Origin: Octopus vulgaris
Lineage: Eukaryota
NCBI GenBank assembly: GCA_951406725.2
Contig: OX597827.1
Location: 20,770,001 to 20,834,000 of the forward strand
DNA length: 64,000 nucleotides
Reading direction: 5' to 3'
Shown here: positions 14,029 through 25,675 of the stretch, piece by piece
Numbering within the stretch: position 1 is the first letter of the stretch
How the letters are laid out: each line of letters starts with the position of its first letter
Made by a program: the position numbers and the translations under genes
Notes under the pieces: generated by a model
Databases searched by the model: none
Seen by the model: the letters and a program-made list of their open reading frames with translations, nothing else
What the model was told of the DNA's origin: nothing

Positions 14029-15284
14029 CAAGATGGTATAAAAAAAGTTCCTGGACTAGTTCTGAAGTGTGCCAACAGATGGCAGCACACAGTGGCATGT
14101 GCAGTGAGAACTAGCAGTGACCCTCGTGAGGCAGTGTGCCAAATGAGATCACTGTGATCACGTGGCAAGTTGTGAAATTAGGGTTTTTGTGACCCTGTGT
14201 GTCTGCTGTGGTCTGTGATTTTGTCATTGAAAAGAACAAAAAGCCAGCATGAAGTTTTGCATTAAACTTAGGAAGTCTGCTACAGAGACACTGAGCATGC
14301 TTTGGCAAGCTTAGGGTGACCAGGCAATGGGTCATCTGCAATGTTTCGAGTGGCACAGGTGCTTCAAAAGGCACAACAGAGTCGTAGCTCTATCAAGAGT
14401 ATGCTCATCTTTTTTTTATATCATCCATGGGATGAGGTGGTGAAGCATGACCTTCGAACGTTGGACCTCACAGAGGAAATCACGAAAGACAGTGACCTCT
14501 GGAGATATGCTGTGACTGAGAAGACCCAGTAAATAAAGTGAGATCACAGCTGTAACCTACACCAGTGTGGCATAACCAGCCAACTCAAAGAGTACCCTTG
14601 GATTGTAGGGTGACATGCTGTGCTTGAGGAGCCGTATTGAGTCAAGTACATCAACATCAAAATGAAATCAAGTTACAATCAATTACTTTCAGAGTGTAGT
14701 GGGTGTTAAGAATAGCATCAAGCTGTAGAAACATTGCCAGATCAGACTGGAGCCTGGTGCAGCCTCCTGGCTTTCCAGACCCCAGTCGAATCATCCAACC
14801 CATGCTAGCATGGAAAACAGACGTTAAACGATGATGATGATGATGATGATGGTATTGTGCATCGAGAATTCTACTGCAATGTTTTGGAGCATTTGAGGGA
14901 GGACATTTAACAAAAGGGACCAAATCTGAGGAGCACGAAGAATTGGGTTCTTCACAATGACAATGCGGCCCATCACTGAGCTCTCCCCACATGGTCATTC
15001 CCGCACCTGTCCTATTCACCAGATTTACCACCTGCAGATGACTTCCATCTCTTCTCCAAGATGAAAACGCAGCTCAAAAGTCGCTGCTTTATGTTGAGAT
15101 TAAGAATGACTCGCAGAAGGTCCTCGACTCACTTACGGAAAATTACTTCCGGGCTGGATTCCAAAAGTGGCAGGAATGCTGAGACAAGGTGACTATTTCA
15201 AAGGAGATTATATTAAAACTTAGGTAAATAAGTTAATTTCTTTATTAAACATAACTAGTCTTGGAACTTTTTGATACCACCACC
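14029..15284 (+). mobile_element. Decayed near-complete mariner, interrupted by an RTE insertion
   Basis: TIRs GATGGTATAAAAAAAGTTCCTGGACTAGTT / AACTAGTCTTGGAACTTTTTGATACCACC. Fragments EQKASMKFCIKLRKSATETLSML..CFEWHRCFK, GIVHREF, WVLHNDNAAHH, YSPDLPP.D and GDYFKGD. Confidence 0.88.
14428..14850 (+). mobile_element. 5'-truncated RTE (ORF C-terminus, 3' UTR, (GAT)n) nested in the mariner
   Basis: WDEVVKHDLRTLDLTEEITKDSDLWRYAVTEKTQ* followed by the standard tail. Confidence 0.85.
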
Positions 15285-15824
15285 TAAGATTCATGGTATG
15301 CATGAGGGTCTGTATATACAGAGGGAAAAACTGGATATCAGCTGGTTACATTTCCTGCTAATAACCTTTACCTGTTTTTCCAGCAAGGCACTTTTTGCCC
15401 CTGACATCTTTGAAAGCATAGAGCTACCGGATAATTTGTTGATATGAATAATATGGAATGTCAGCATTTGTAACTCAACACTTTTTATACAATGTAAGAA
15501 ATCTAAATATTCCATCATGGTCCCTACACAGTTATATACACATATCATATACACATACACACGCACACACACACACACACACACACTTGTCTCCATACAG
15601 TTTCTCTCTAGCAATTTCCCTCATAACCGTTGATTGCCCAAAGTATCAAGCAATAAGATTGAACTCAAGACCACATTGCAACAAAGCAAGCTCTGTGCTT
15701 ACACATCAATGCCCGATAATACTTGACCCAGAGGAATAGCTATGGTCAAACATAGCCAATCCCTGCCAGAGTGGAAAAACATCAGTCTTGATGCTGCTGC
15801 TGCTGATGATGATGGTTATGATAG

Positions 15825-15855
<31 letters not shown>

Positions 15856-16910
15856 GAGGGTGATGAGGATGATGATGATACTTTTTAGAGTTTTACTGAT
15901 TGAATCACAAAAGAGGAATGAAAGATGTGTGTGTGTGTGTGTATGTGTGTGTGCATATTTGTATGCGCTTGTACATATATTTGGATATACATTTTCCTAG
16001 TTTTGTTTATATGAAAACACACACGTTTGTGTGTACAGATATGCATACGCAGACACACATACGAAAACATTTGAGGGTGTATATCTATAGCCATATATCT
16101 AATTACCTTTGCTCAATACACACATATTCACAGCCATACATACGCACTAACTTATGCATCTATTCACACAAGAACAGCCATAATTATAGGTATGGAAAAG
16201 TAAATATAACTGTACATCTCTACATCTTCCTCAACGCACTTTCTTACATAAGACACAGACACACACATGCACGTGAACACACACACACACACACACACAT
16301 AATATATACATCAATGCACATACACAAATGCAGGCCTACATGCACTGATCATATCCTTAAGAAAGGCATGAATACTACAACCCCCACGTCTCCCTCACCC
16401 TGAACCCTGTAAGGCGTGATCACTCAATATTAATGAAGGGACAATTAATTAATTCTATTGACTGAATTAACATCTGAGATAATTAAATATATATTTTTGC
16501 ACATATTGGTTAATTTGGCACAGAAGCAAGTTTTGTAGTACAGCAATAATGAATCGACTTGACTCCTGACCCCAGTATATTGATGGTATATATTTTATAA
16601 ACCTAAATGAGATGAAAGGGAGGTCAACAGCAACGAAACTTGAACCCCAAGATATTAATGGCCACAAGTCTAACAGCAAGGCTTTTAATCTTAGAAGAGA
16701 TTTTGATGTAAGAAGTTGAAATTGTTGTGAAGAAGTTTTGTGTCTAATTTCTGGTTTTGTCCTTTGAGGACAAAGAAAGAAGGAAACAAACATGGGACAT
16801 GCCCCAGCTGTAAGTAAGAGCCCTTCACCAACTTAATGGGTGTTCTTTTTCCCTTTTCGTCAATCAATTCAATTGATTGCTTCTAATATGCAGTGTTTAT
16901 AATGTTGTCA

Positions 16911-17560
16911 GGTTCACGCATGGCTGTGTGGTTAAAAAGTTTAATTCACAACCAGAAGGATTCATGTTCAATTTCATTCTTATTTCTTTATTGCCCACAA
17001 GGGGCTAAACATAGAGGGGACAAACAAGGACAGACAAAGGGATTAAGTCGATCACATCGACCCCAGTGCGTAACTGGTACTTAATTTATCGACCCCGAAA
17101 GGATGAAAGGTAAAGTCGACCTCGGCGGAATTTGAAATCAGAACGTAGCAGCAGACGAAATACCACTAAGCATTTCGCCTGACGCACTAACGTTTCTGCC
17201 AGCTCGCCGCCTTTATTCATTCTGTTCAATTTCATTCTGTGGCACTTTGGGCAAATGTCATGTCTTCTGGTGCCTTGGCTTCATATATGTCTTGTAAATG
17301 AAATTCAGTGAACAAAAATTAGATGGAAATTATTGGATATATATGCATGTGTATGCGTATGCATGCATGCATGTGTGTGTGCATGCGTTTGTATCTTTGC
17401 ATTTACATCCCTTGGGCAGCAGTGATGTGTGTTTGCGACATCTTGTGTAATCTGGCAGCCCAGGGATTCAACAGGTGAAAAAGAACAGAATAAAGTAAAA
17501 GGCTGGCATCAAGAAAGGCGTCCAGCCATAGAAGACTGCTTCAACAAGTTTTAAACCCCC
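16911..17560 (+). mobile_element. Old SINE A-type element with RTE-like tail, split by a SINE B insertion
   Basis: Head TGGCTGTGTGGTTAA, GTGGCACTTTGGGCAAATG after the insert, and tail AAAGGCGTCCAGCCATAGAA. Confidence 0.6.
16981..17213 (-). mobile_element. Full-length young SINE family B with 16 bp target-site duplication
   Basis: GGCGGCGAGCTGGCAGAAACGTTAG head and TAAAGAAATA end. TGTTCAATTTCATTCT is duplicated at 16965-16980 and 17223-17238. Confidence 0.9.
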
Positions 17561-18399
17561 CACCCCACCCCAGACCTATGTTCAGAGGCATTCCAGATAT
17601 GACCAGCCCATCTGTTTATATATTTATGCTGACATTTTGATAGGTGTTATATTATTTTGGTCATTTTTACTTGGGAAAACGTTTCCATAAGATTAATAGA
17701 TATATTTCTTGCCCATTTTCCAGATCCTTTGATTTCGTGTTGGAGAAATGATGATTGCATGGCATCTGTTCGTTTCTGAATATCAGCAGAGAACAATGAA
17801 ACAGTTGAAGATGGAGATTAAAACTGGTTTCTAAAATTGGTGCACTAGGACTTACATAGCTCAGATTCAAATTTCTTTTGACCAGACACACTGTTTGGTA
17901 GTGCTATTTAAATTCTAATGAGGCTAACGAGATGAAAGGCAGAGATAACTTGGAACTTTTTAAATGAGGTGTTACAAAGAAAATAGTAAAAAAAAAAAAA
18001 AACGTCCAGTCCTATACATACACTCCTCTGCTTCTACCAACTCCATCAAATTAATATTGATTTCGTTTGACTTGGCACAATGCCAACTGAAACGATGATG
18101 ATGATGATGATGATGAATATAATCAATTGCATTGACACACAGAACATAAAGCCGTTGCCCTCCCCCTCTCAGCTACATCCCCACCCAATCGAGGGGTCTT
18201 TTTTTTTTGTCTTGTAAGTTACTTGGCAGCTTCACTGATGCCAGTGTCACAAGAATAAAAAAAAAAAGCACTCACTACACTCCGTAAAGTGGTTGGCGTT
18301 AAGAAGGGCATCGATCCATAGAGACGAAGAAACCAAAACAGAACAATTGGAGTTGAAGGCATTCCTGCAACTCACACCAGCATGGAAGATGGACCTTAA

Positions 18400-18626
18400 C
18401 TTCTTAGCGTTTAAAGTGGCCCCCATATACACTCCAAATATTCTGCCAGTTTTCTGTTTCAAACCAGCCTGATCCAGCCTCTCACACCTACCCTGAAATA
18501 TTGTTTTAAATGTAAACAATCATGTCATGAAAATCTCAAAGCTACAAGATAATGCATGATTAAATTAAGAAATAATGTGAGTTAATAAGCACTGCATTTG
18601 CCAAGAGTAATCTGAATGCTGAAGGA
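18400..18626. mobile_element. TTAA-flanked piggyBac-type MITE inserted in an RTE tail
   Basis: TTAA|CTTCTTAGCGTTTA ... TGAATGCTGAAGGA|TTAA. The host tail resumes as ATGATGATG. Confidence 0.65.
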
Positions 18627-19084
18627 TTAAATGATGATGATGATGATGATGGTGATGATGGTGATGATGATGATGATGATGGTGAGAGTTTGTGTATATT
18701 TTATGAACTCTGTTGGGAATTGAACCTAGAACTAAGATGGATGAAACTAAAAGATATTTATAAACAATGAATCTTAACTCCAGTTCTATGGTATTAAGAA
18801 AATGAGAAATCACTATCTCCTGGATAGGTCACCAGTAAGTATTCCAAGGTCTTGCATTCCAGATAATTAGATGAAATTAAATATATTTTGTTGTCATTTA
18901 TTTTAAATTATTTCATACTGTCATGTGTATGTGTTATCATCATTATCATCATCATCATCATCTTCATGCTGATATGGGTTGGAACATCTTTGGACATTGT
19001 TTCCATATTTAAAGCTTCTCAAAGAAGTCTTCAAATGAATTAATTACAAGAATTAGAGTCAGTAACACAAAACTTGCTGTGAAA

Positions 19085-19270
19085 GCTCAATGTTGAACTC
19101 CTCCAGGAGAACTGTAAAGGAAAGGAGCTGAGATCTGAACCCTGATGGACACCCTGATGCAGACTGATGCCCACCCTGATGCACACCCTGTTGGACACCC
19201 TGATGCACACCTTGATGCACACCCTGATGCACACCTGCCTCATCAATCAATTCTTCACAGCTGACACATT
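19085..19270 (-). pseudogene. RTE RT fragment with 12 bp tandem expansion of GVHQ
   Basis: Minus-strand translation SCEELIDEAGVHQ(GVHQ)n..GVHQGSDLS resembles RTE SEEF.V.VGVHQGSVLSP. Confidence 0.6.
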
Positions 19271-21475
19271 TTACTGACCCTGTCCAATTACATTGGTTAC
19301 ATGGCTTCCACAAACCATTCCTCTACTCACTAAAAATCGTTTTCTCAACAACCATCAGACTATAAACAATGGCAGCCTCTCAAGATCCTTTCCCAAGTCA
19401 ACAAATTCTAGGTAAGAGATAGATGTGGTGGGTTGTTCTTGGGGAAGAATTGCTACAGTTGTTGCTTCTCTGACAACAACCGAACACAACTCCAAACTGC
19501 ATCTCATCTGAAGACAGTTCTTTCCCTGTTATTCTGCTGCTTTTAGATCCACTTCTATTATATACAATGTAACTGTACATCTATATATTTTCATGTAGGT
19601 AAATGCCCCTGCATGTGGGGATAAACATGCATATGTTCCAGAGAGAGACCTCTGTTTCCTGCCCCCCTCCCATCCCAAATAACTCGCCAGAGCCTCAGAG
19701 AACTTAATTACCATTCCTTCCAATATAACCCAATCTTTAAGGGTTATCCAAGAACACATTCTCTACTACGTCTCTCCTTTTTTAAGATGGTTAGGTGTAA
19801 TTTAAGGGAAACCTGGCTACCATTTCTAGAAGGTTGGCAGGCATGTAGTGGTTCTCTTGTTCACTCATCTCCCTTCTATATTATCTCAGTCAGCCATCTC
19901 TAGAACCAGTCATCAAAATAAAACAAACATTTTATTCTCGTTATTCAGTTGTTACTTTATAATTAAGCACTTACAGATAATTTCTAATGAAATGCTACAA
20001 GTACTTACTTCAATTAATTGATTAGTGTTTCATTTAACTTGTTTTAATTTAATAGTTTGAACTAGCTCCACCACAGGCTCTGCCTTCAAATCACATGGTT
20101 TCTGCTTCCCACTGAGCTGCAGACAGAATTTCTATATGGCTGATGAACATGCTAAAAATAGCAACCAAGTACTCACTCTTACATGATAGTCATCACAGAT
20201 CTCACCCAGGCCTAACTACACTTAACCAATCATGACTAATTAAATACAAATTTCTCCTTCGACCCCCTTCTCACCCTCTCATCTCTCCACTCCATCCCTC
20301 TTTCTCTTTCCTTCTCCCTTCTAAAAACTCTTCTTTTGCAAAAAAAAACATTTAACAGGTAATTGATAAACATGGCTTTACAGTTGACGTTTGTGTGTGT
20401 GTGTATGTGTGCTCATTTTCAATTGCTGAGGCTGGATGAAGGGACAGAGCTCATGGGCTTTGTAAGTTTCCAAGAGGGATGAATAGTTGTTGTTGTTGTT
20501 GGTGGTGGTGGTAGTGTTCTATTTAAATTGTTGCAAGAAAGAGATGTGCAGTGTAGAAATTCCTGACACCCAACTGTCTGGAGACGAAGGATCGGACAGA
20601 GTTATTAGTACAGGGAAGGGGGAGGTGTCATTGGATGCATCAAGGGTGATGAGGTATAGAGGTAAGTGGGTGAGGGGTGGTGGAAGGATGAGACCAACCA
20701 GCTTGGAGGAACAGAAACCATTATAGCAGCAATAATGAAGACAGAGAGAGGAGAATATCACACTGGTCTTACCATGAAATATTTTTTACATAAAAGAACC
20801 ACAACTACATTATTGAAATACAACAGGAGTCTAAAATACAATGGTATCTGACAACAAAATCAAGTGGTTAGTAATTGAATCCCTTCTTTCCTATATGAGT
20901 GAATCCAAAAAGAATTCAACAACCTAACACAACTTGCATAACTAGAAAAGTTTCAAGTTGGAGTTGATTTCTTTATGCCCTTACCAAAGAAAATTTATCC
21001 TACAATTCTTCAAGTTATCCATCTGATGATGATAATGATGTATGTTTTCTGTATAACTCTGGAACCTATCACTTGTCTGTCTTCAACTATAAACTTACTT
21101 TACTGCCCTGCAACACAATTTTCTCCCTTTATTTCTAGGAATTTCAGTTTACTTTTGGTTTTCCCTTACACACCAACCTATAAACATGTCTTTTCCAGGC
21201 TTTCCCCTTCTGTATAGACTATAACCTTTACATACTGCAATTTGTGCATATAGTCCTTGTAACAAGAGGGTTATCTGTACCACTGTTGTGCTTCTTGTGG
21301 TTTTATATAAACCTTTTATACACCCTTATCTTGCATGTTCCCTTTAAAATGATACAGACATGATAGTCCCACTTTTGGTCTTTAGATAAATTTCTATCTC
21401 TCTATCTATGTATATATATATATATCTTTCTCTCTATGTATATACACACATGCACATGTATATTCTTATGTTCGC

Positions 21476-21640
21476 CAGTCGTGACTGTGTAGTAAGAAAC
21501 TTGCTTCCCAACCACATGGTTCCAGGTTCAGTCTCACTGCATGGCACCTTGGGCGAGTGTCTTCTACTATAGCCATGGACTGACCAAAGACTTGTGAATA
21601 GATTTGTTGGTAAACAGAAACTGAAAGAAGCCCATCATGT
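21476..21640 (+). mobile_element. SINE family A head
   Basis: tRNA-like head, GGCACCTTGGGCGAGTGTCTT and AAACTGAAAGAAGCCC. Confidence 0.8.
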
Positions 21641-21787
21641 GTGTGTATATATATATATATGTGTGTGTGTTTGTCTCCCTGACATTGGTCCCTATGTTAT
21701 AACCACCAACCGTCACACAAAAATTTCTCGTAAACATGCACAGGTGTACAGAAACACGAGTTTGTATGTCACATACCCACACACACA

Positions 21788-21822
<35 letters not shown>

Positions 21823-22307
21823 TGCTGAGGAAATTTTGTTGCTTTTTTCTTTTTTTACATTGTTACCTTCCCCACCCCCATCCTCTTAACTAGTTTGCAA
21901 TTTCGGTTTCAGTTTTTGAAAGAATCTTCAAATATATTTCTTAAAGAGATTTTCTTGAAATAATTTAGAAAATATAGAGTAAAGAAAAAGAACAACATAG
22001 ACAAAAAATAAAAAAAAAAAAAAACAAAAGTGTAATAGAAACCTCGTTAATTAAATAATAATAATATGGCTGAGATTATGTTTTGTGAACTTACTGATGT
22101 CAATACGTATTACTGTTCAGACAGGATCAATACAATAAAATGAAAGATGTTCCTTGATAGATTTCTTACCTGTAATATAAAGAAAAGGTATTTAATTATC
22201 AGATCAAATTTTACAGACATATCAACATATAATTAACATACTTATTAATATTAATTGGAGTTGTGCGCAAATTGATACACTGAACATTGTATGTATGATG
22301 TACGCAT

Positions 22308-22356
<49 letters not shown>

Positions 22357-22424
22357 CAGCATCTTTGGCAGTGAAAATGAGTTTTATATCTAGTGACTAT
22401 TTAGGACACTTTCATATATACATT

Positions 22425-22455
<31 letters not shown>

Positions 22456-22662
22456 ATATACATACATATATAAACAAACATACATATATACATACATACC
22501 TACATGTATATGCATACCTACATATATACATTCATATACATACATACATACAAATACATACATACATATATATATACATACATATATATATACATACATA
22601 TATATATACACACACACACACATATATATATAAATACAAGAGTAAAATTAATCATTGCCAGG

Positions 22663-22883
22663 CCCGCCTGACTGGCTCTTGTGCCGGTGGCATGTAAAAA
22701 GCACCCACTACACTCTCGGAGTGGTTGGCATTAGGAAGGACATCCAGCTGTAGAAACTTTGCGAGATCAGATTTGAGCCTGGTGCAGCCACTGGCTCTCC
22801 AGACCTCAGTCAAACCGTCCAACCCATGCCACCAGGGAAAATGGACATTAATCAATGAAGACGACGATGATGATGATGACGAT
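22663..22883 (+). mobile_element. RTE tail
   Basis: Same tail family with (GAT)n end. Confidence 0.85.
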
Positions 22884-22940
22884 ATATATATAGGCATGAA
22901 ATTGCATTTGACCCTCTGGCTGATAACTGATGAGGAGTTA

Positions 22941-23000
<60 letters not shown>

Positions 23001-23371
23001 ATGGGAAGGTAGGTGGGTGTATGGAGTGAGCAAGGTGATCCTGCTGTAGGTCAGCTAGTCTACTAATAGGCCAACTGACCTAATGAAACTCACTTAGCCC
23101 TCTCGGCATGTTAGGTGGTTTGTGTTGGTTAAACTGAAGAATTATATAATCCAGCGAAAGTCAGGCTTTATCTTTTCTGAAGCAGAGAGTGGGTGAGCGG
23201 AGGGAGGGAGAGGAGTGAGATTAGCAGATTAAGTAATTGGCTGTAAACGAAGTCAATAACTACAAGTAACCCCACCTACTATGTGCACTATGTAATATAA
23301 TCCTAGTGTGTATTTGTGTGTGTGTATGTGTGTGTGTGTGTACAACATCAACAACAACAATAATAATACTA

Positions 23372-23776
23372 ATCTTTTCTACTATAAGTACAAGATCTGA
23401 AGTATTAAGGGACAAGCTGAGTCAATTACATTGACCCCCAAATGGAATTTGAACTCAGAACATAAAGACAGACGAAATGCTGCTCAGGAAAAGTGCTGAC
23501 CATTTTGACCAGTGTCATATAGATTCTGCCAGCTCACTGCAACAACAACAACAATAAAAATAATGGTTTCAAATTTTGGCACAAGGCCAGCAATTTTGGG
23601 GGATGGGGTAAACCAATTGCATTGACCCCAGTGTTTGACTGGTACATATCTTATTGATCCCGAAAGGATGAAAGGCAAAGTCAACCTTGACAGAATTTGA
23701 ACTCAGAACGTGGAGACAGACAAAATGCCATTTGGCATTTTGCTCGACACGCTAACGATTCTGCCAACTCACCACC
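23372..23776 (-). mobile_element. Two tandem SINE family B copies (23372-23540 deleted; 23563-23776 near complete)
   Basis: Two GAATTTGAACTCAGAA..GATTCTGCCA(G/A)CTCAC blocks. Confidence 0.8.
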
Positions 23777-23805
23777 TTGTTGTTGTTGATGATGATGATG
23801 ATGAT

Positions 23806-24140
23806 AAGAAGAAGACGAAGGAGGAGGAGGAGGGGAAGAAGATGATGATGAAGGAGGAGGAGGGGAAGAAGAAGACGAAGAAGGAGGAGGAGGGGAAGAA
23901 GAAGAAGACAAAGAAGGAGGAGGAGGGGAAGAAGAAGAAGACGAAGAAGGAGGAGGAGGGGAACAAGAAGATGATGAAGGAGGAGGAGGGGAAGAATAAG
24001 GCGAAGAAGGAGGAGGAGAGGAAGAAGAAGACAAAGAAGGGGAGGAAGGAAAGAAGGAGGAGGGGAAGAAGAAGACAAAGAAGGAGGAGGAGGGGAAGAA
24101 GAAGACAAAGAAGGAGTAGGAGGGGAAGAAGAAGAAGAAA
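23806..24140 (+). repeat. Polypurine (GAA/GAG) minisatellite, about 30 bp unit
   Basis: Read directly from the sequence. It explains the K/E- and S/P-rich ORFs. Confidence 0.95.
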
Positions 24141-24857
24141 ATGCGTTAGGAGTAGTAAAAACGATTTGAGAAATTTGCTGGAGAAGTTGGGATTTGCTAT
24201 GAGGTTAGAAGATGGTAAGGAAAGAGCTTGATTGAAGACAGCGAGGGGGTTGAGATTGGTATTTGGATGGTAAATATTGTGGAACCTTGACAAAAGGTTT
24301 GTTGTCTGCTCTTAGGGAATTAGCTGGATCAAAACGAATCAAGAGCTCTAAGAGGAGAAATGTGCAACAACAACAACAACAATGTTTTCTTTATCAGCCA
24401 CAACGTGTTTCACAGATTATGTGAGAATATTTTTTTTTTTATAAAGGAGAATTTATGCTAAAATAGATGTATTGTGTTACAAAGAGTTTCCATGAAATAG
24501 GAAGGGACCAATAGACATGACATTGAGTAGAAGGGATTCTTTTATCTTGTTGGGAACAACCTCTCTGGTGTTGGTCACATCTGATAAAAGTTTACCCCAT
24601 TTTTGCCGTACAGTGACCCTTGATAGGGGTCCCTTCTATCAGCAAGCTCTTTAGCAAAAGTAACAGTTCACCCAACAACAACACACAGCTGGGTTTTTGT
24701 CTCTGTTAACCCTACAAACCAAATGATGGGGACCTCAGGGCCTGGTAAAATAGAGTCACTTTGCAACATAGAAAAATGGATGCAAAGAAATGATGATAAA
24801 ACACATACACACGTGCACGAGCATGCGCACATACATGCACACACACATACACACAAC

Positions 24858-25018
24858 AGGTTTCTTTCAGTTTCCATCTACCAAATCCATTCACAAGGCT
24901 TTGGTCAGCCTGAGACTATAGCAGAAGACACTTGCCCAAGGTGCCATGCAGTGGGACTGAACCCAGAACCATGTGGTTGGTAAGCAAGCTTCTTACCACG
25001 CAGCCACACCTGCACCTA
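24858..25018 (-). mobile_element. SINE family A head
   Basis: Reverse complement begins GGTGCAGGTGTGGCTGCGTGGTAAG and has box B GGTTCAGTCCC. Confidence 0.85.
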
Positions 25019-25035
25019 TATATATATATATATAT

Positions 25036-25524
25036 ATAGGAAAAATAGAAAAAAGAGACAAATGCTCAAGATGTTATTAAATCATTTACATTTTCGTATC
25101 TCCTACATATGTTTCGATAGATACATCCAACAGGATGAATAATATGGAGCAATGCATCAATCTCTTCAGGGAGGATATAAATAACAGTGCTCATCAAGTA
25201 GACAGATATATCTGTTAAAATGTCTACTTGATGAGCACTGTTACTTATATCCTCCCTGAAGAGATTGATGCATTGCTCCATATTATCCATCCTGTTGGAT
25301 GTATCCATCGAAACATATGTCAATGATATGAAGATGTAAATTATTTAATAACATCTTGAGTGTTTGTCTCCCTTTTCTATTTTTCCTATTTTTCTCCTAA
25401 ATATATCTTGCTTATCCCTGGATTCAGATCCCACACAAGTGTGTCCATTGTTTCCTAGGAAACTTAAGCAACATTTAGCCACCTTGTAATTATTCCCTCA
25501 GATCCTTCCTATAGATTGTACACT

Positions 25525-25526
<2 letters not shown>
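25036..25526. mobile_element. Penelope-like pLTR derivative with about 169 bp inverted duplication, each arm carrying a hammerhead motif
   Basis: Arms 25036-25204 and 25221-25389 are near-perfect reverse complements with a 16 bp spacer. (TA)n flanks both sides. Each arm has CTGAAGA..GAAA.CATATG.T(A/C). Confidence 0.75.
25097..25177 (-). ncRNA. Type I hammerhead ribozyme motif (GUA site)
   Basis: TATCCTCC CTGAAGA [GATTGATGCATT..GATGTATCTATC] GAAA CATATG TA GGAGATA. Stem I 7 bp with one bulge, stem II about 11 bp, palindromic stem III ACATATGT. Confidence 0.7.
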
Positions 25527-25559
<33 letters not shown>

Positions 25560-25618
25560 ACAAACACACATAAATATACACACATATTTATTTACACATT
25601 ATATATACTTTGCCCCCT

Positions 25619-25675
<57 letters not shown>

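Noticed and set aside
23710-24231. 173 aa K/E/R-rich ORF
   Set aside because: It starts inside a SINE and crosses a polypurine repeat, so it is a compositional artefact.
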